Positions 60,811 to 64,000 of a DNA stretch of 64,000 bases are shown one piece after another. Under the pieces are notes generated by a model that ran no database searches, was not told the DNA's origin, and saw nothing but the letters and a program-made list of their open reading frames with translations. Location of the stretch: positions 361,274,001 to 361,338,000 of the forward strand of contig OZ024742.1 in NCBI GenBank assembly GCA_964016885.1, given 5' to 3'. This DNA comes from Eledone cirrhosa (Eukaryota). How positions within the stretch are numbered: position 1 is the first letter of the stretch; each line of letters starts with the position of its first letter. Made by a program: the position numbers and the translations under genes.

Positions 60811-63600
60811 AAAGGGCATATAGCTATACATAGAATTACCATCAACAAACAGTATATAGCTATACATAGAATTTCCATCAACAAAGAGTATATAGCTATA
60901 CATAGAATTTCCATCAACAAAGGGTATATAGCTATACATAGAATTACCATCAACAAAGAGTATATAGCTATACACAGAATTACCCTCAAGAAAGGGTATG
61001 TATAGCTATACACAGAATTACCATCAACAAACAGTATATAGCCATACATAGAATTACCATCAACAAAGGGTATATAGCTATACATAGAATTACCATCAAC
61101 AAAGGGTATATTGCTATACATAGAATTACCATCATCAAAGGGTATATATAGCTATACATAGAATTACCATCAACAAACAGTATATAGCTATACATAGAAT
61201 TACCATCATCAAAGGGTATATATAGCTATACAAAGAATTACCATCATCAAAGGGTATATATAGCTATACATAGAATTACATCAACAAAGGGTATATAGCT
61301 ATACATAGAATAACAATCATCAAAGGGTATATAGCTATACGTAGAATTACCATTATCAAAGGGTATATAGCTATACATAGAATTACATCAACAAAGGGTA
61401 TATAGCTATATATAGAATTACCATCATCAAAGGGTATATAACTATACACAGAATTACCATCATCAAAGGGTATATAGCTATACACAGAATTACCATCAAC
61501 AAAGGGTATATAGCTATACATAGAATTACCATCAACAAAGGTTATATAGCTATGCATAGAATTACCATCAACAAAGGGTATATGGCTATACATAGAATTA
61601 CCATCAACAAAGGGTATATAGCTATACATAGAATTACCATTAACAAACAGTATAGAGCTATACATAGAATTACCATCAACAAACAGTATATAGCTATACA
61701 TAGAATTAGCATCAACAAACAGTATATAGCTATACACAGAATTACCATCAACAAAGTGTATATATAGCTATACATAGAATTACCATCAACAAAGGGTATA
61801 TAGCTATATATAGAATTACATCAACAAAGGGTATATGGCTATACATAGAATTACCATCAACAAACAGTATATAGATGTACATAGAATTACCATCATCAAA
61901 CAGTATATAGCTATACATAGAATTACCATCAACAAACAGTATATAGCTATACATAGAATTAGCATCATCAAACAGTATATAGCTATACACAGAATTACAT
62001 CAAGAAAGGGTATATTGCTATACACAGAATTACCATCAACAAAGGGTATATAGCTATACACAGAATTACCATCAACAAAGGGTATATAGCTATACATAGA
62101 ATTACCATCAACAAAGAGTATATAGCTATACACAGAATTACCATCAACAAAGGGTATATAGCTATACACAGAATTACCATCAACAAAGTTTATATAGCTA
62201 TACACAGAATTACCATCATCAAAGGGTATATAGCTATGCCTAGAATTACCATCAACAAAAAGTATATAGCTACACATATAATTACCATCATCAAAGGGTA
62301 TATAGCTATACACAGAATTACCATCATCAAAGGGTATATAGCTATGCCTAGAATTACCAACAACAAAGGGTATATAGCTATACATAGAATTACTATCATC
62401 AAAGGGTATATAGCTATACATAGAATTAACATCAACAAACAGTATATAGCTATACATAGAATTACCATCATCAAAGGGTATATAGCTATACATAGAATTA
62501 CCATCATCAAAGGGTATATATAGCTATACATAGAATTACCATCATCAAAGGGTATAAATAGCTATACATAGAATTACCATCAACAAACAGTATATAGCTA
62601 TACATAGAATTACCATCATCAAAGGGTATATATAGCTATACATAGAATTACCATCATCAAAGTGTATATATATCTATACATAGAATTACCATCAACAAAG
62701 GGTACATAGCTATACACAGAATTACCATCATCAAAGGGTATATAGCTATACATAGAATTACCATCATCAAAGGGTATATATAGCTATACATAGAATTACC
62801 ATCAACAAAGTGTATATAGCTATATATAGAATTACATCAACAAAGGGTATATAGCTATACATAGAATTACCATGAACAAAGGGTATATAGCTATACATAG
62901 AATTACCATCAACAAAGGGTATATGGCTATACATAGAATTACCATCAACAAAGGGTATATATAGCTATACATAGAATTACCATCAACAAAGGGTATATAG
63001 CTATACATAGAATTACCATCAACAAAGGGTATATAGCTATACATAGAATTACCATCATCAAAGGGTATATATAGCTATACATAAAATTACCATTATCAAA
63101 GGGTATATAGCTATACATAGAATTACCATCAACAAACAGTATATAGCTATGCCTAGAATTACCATCAACAAAGGGTATATGGCTATACATAGAATTACCA
63201 TCAACAAAGAGTATATATAGCTATACATAGAATTACCATCAACAAAGGGTATATAGCTATACACAGAATTACCATCAACAAACAGTATATAGCTATACAC
63301 AGAATTACCATCAACAAAGTGTATATAAGCTATACATAGAATTACCATCAACAAAGGGTATATAGCTATACATAGAATTACCATCAACAAACAGTATATA
63401 GCTATATATAGAATTACATCAAAAAAGGGTATATAGCTATACATAGAATTACCATCAACAAAGGGTATATAGCTATACATAGAATTACCATCAACAAAGG
63501 GTATATAGCTATACATAGAATTACCATCATCAAAGGGTATATAGCTATACACAGAATTACCATCATGAAAGGGTATATAGCTATACACAGAATTACCATC

Positions 63601-63901
63601 ATCAAAGGGTATATAGCTATGCCTAGAATTGCGATCAGCAAAAACAGTGGTGGCATTAAATTCAGTGAGGAATTCAATTTGCAGCTAACTGTACATCAAG
63701 GTCCAGTTCTGTCTTCATTGGCTTATTGTGGGTTTATAAAGAAAAGATTTTAAATATAGGTGTTCATTATAAATTCTGTATGCTGATGAGCTGGTACTTA
63801 TTTTTGGAAAATTTAAAGAATTCCAGTGATGGAAACACAACCTAGAATTGTAATCCTTTAAAGAAGATTTGGAAAACTCTAAATATTAAGTAAGTAGGAA
63901 G
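63601..63901 (+). pseudogene. Decayed RTE-type reverse transcriptase fragment (old LINE relic) at the array boundary
   Basis: Frame from 63601 reads IKGYIAMPRIAISKNSGGIKFSEEFNLQLTVHQGPVLSSL. After a frameshift, from 63746 it reads DFKYRCSL*ILYADELVLIFGKFKEFQ*WKHNLEL*SFKEDLENSKY*VSRK. This is colinear with recalled RTE RT motifs SEEF.V.VGVHQGSVLSPLLF, EF+TGCPWELLYADDLVL and FQ.WK..LE.KGL+VN..KTK. It carries several stops and YADD is degraded to YADE. Confidence 0.85.
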
Positions 63902-64000
63902 AAAAGAAAAATGAGGACTGTAGTGATAAGAGAATTTATCGTGTATGATATCCCATCACCCCTACCATACACCTCCCTCACTGTAATCATCCTTCCCTTT

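Larger units (their letters stand above)
1..63642. repeat. 36-bp tandem satellite DNA array (open at the left window edge, true end at ~63642)
   Basis: Continuous head-to-tail monomers AAAGGGTATATAGCTATACATAGAATTACCATCA[T/A]C (11/36 GC, no CpG in consensus). Recurrent dimorphisms are CATC/CAAC, AAAGGG/AAACAG and CATAG/CACAG. Length variants are +TA (38), +TATA (40), TATAAGC (37) and ATTACATC (35). Only five retroelement inserts interrupt it. Confidence 0.99.

Noticed and set aside
1-63642. CRISPR array (36-bp repeat with an internal palindrome)
   Set aside because: Monomers are directly adjacent with no unique spacers, there are no cas genes or leader, and the context contains eukaryotic LINE relics.
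136-63677. Hundreds of ORFs with MYSYIPFDDGNS, MVILCIAIYPLL or KGYIAIHRITII repeats (up to 524 aa), suggesting a repetitive or frameshift phase-variable protein
   Set aside because: A 36-bp monomer is 12 codons and is stop-free in three frames. The ORFs overlap on both strands, are broken at arbitrary points by 35/37/38-bp monomers, and have no unique termini or sign of codon-level constraint.
63783-63810. Hammerhead ribozyme core (CTGATGAG...GAAA)
   Set aside because: No stem II is evident between the motifs. CTGATGAG is explained by the codons GCT GAT GAG (A-D-E) of the decayed RT YADD motif.
63902-64000. Possible gene, promoter or telomeric sequence after the RT relic (purine-rich then C-rich)
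   Set aside because: Too short, with no recognisable motif, ORF or TTAGGG-type repeat. Left unannotated.

Overview
Eukaryotic, essentially non-genic window. Bases 1 to ~63642 are one head-to-tail array of an AT-rich 36-bp satellite (consensus AAAGGGTATATAGCTATACATAGAATTACCATCA[T/A]C, about 1,700 monomers estimated from length, with 35/37/38/40-bp variants), built from nested kb-scale duplications. Nearly all ORFs in the track are artefacts of the 12-codon monomer. Five 5'-truncated RTE-like non-LTR retroelement 3' ends with (TGA)n tails interrupt the array. Four are copies of one insertion ('A': 47093, 54583, 57311, 60292) and one is independent ('B': 53479). Both events hit the same monomer position, in the same orientation, with an AAAG duplication. 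The array ends at ~63642 and runs in frame into a decayed RTE-type reverse-transcriptase fragment (SEEF..VHQG.VLS..LYADELVL..WK.NLE). The last monomer aligns with the RT segment expected just upstream, which suggests the satellite arose from RT coding DNA. The retroelement 3' ends resemble repeats I recall from Octopus genomes; this was not checked by any search. No intact gene, RNA gene or CRISPR array is supported.
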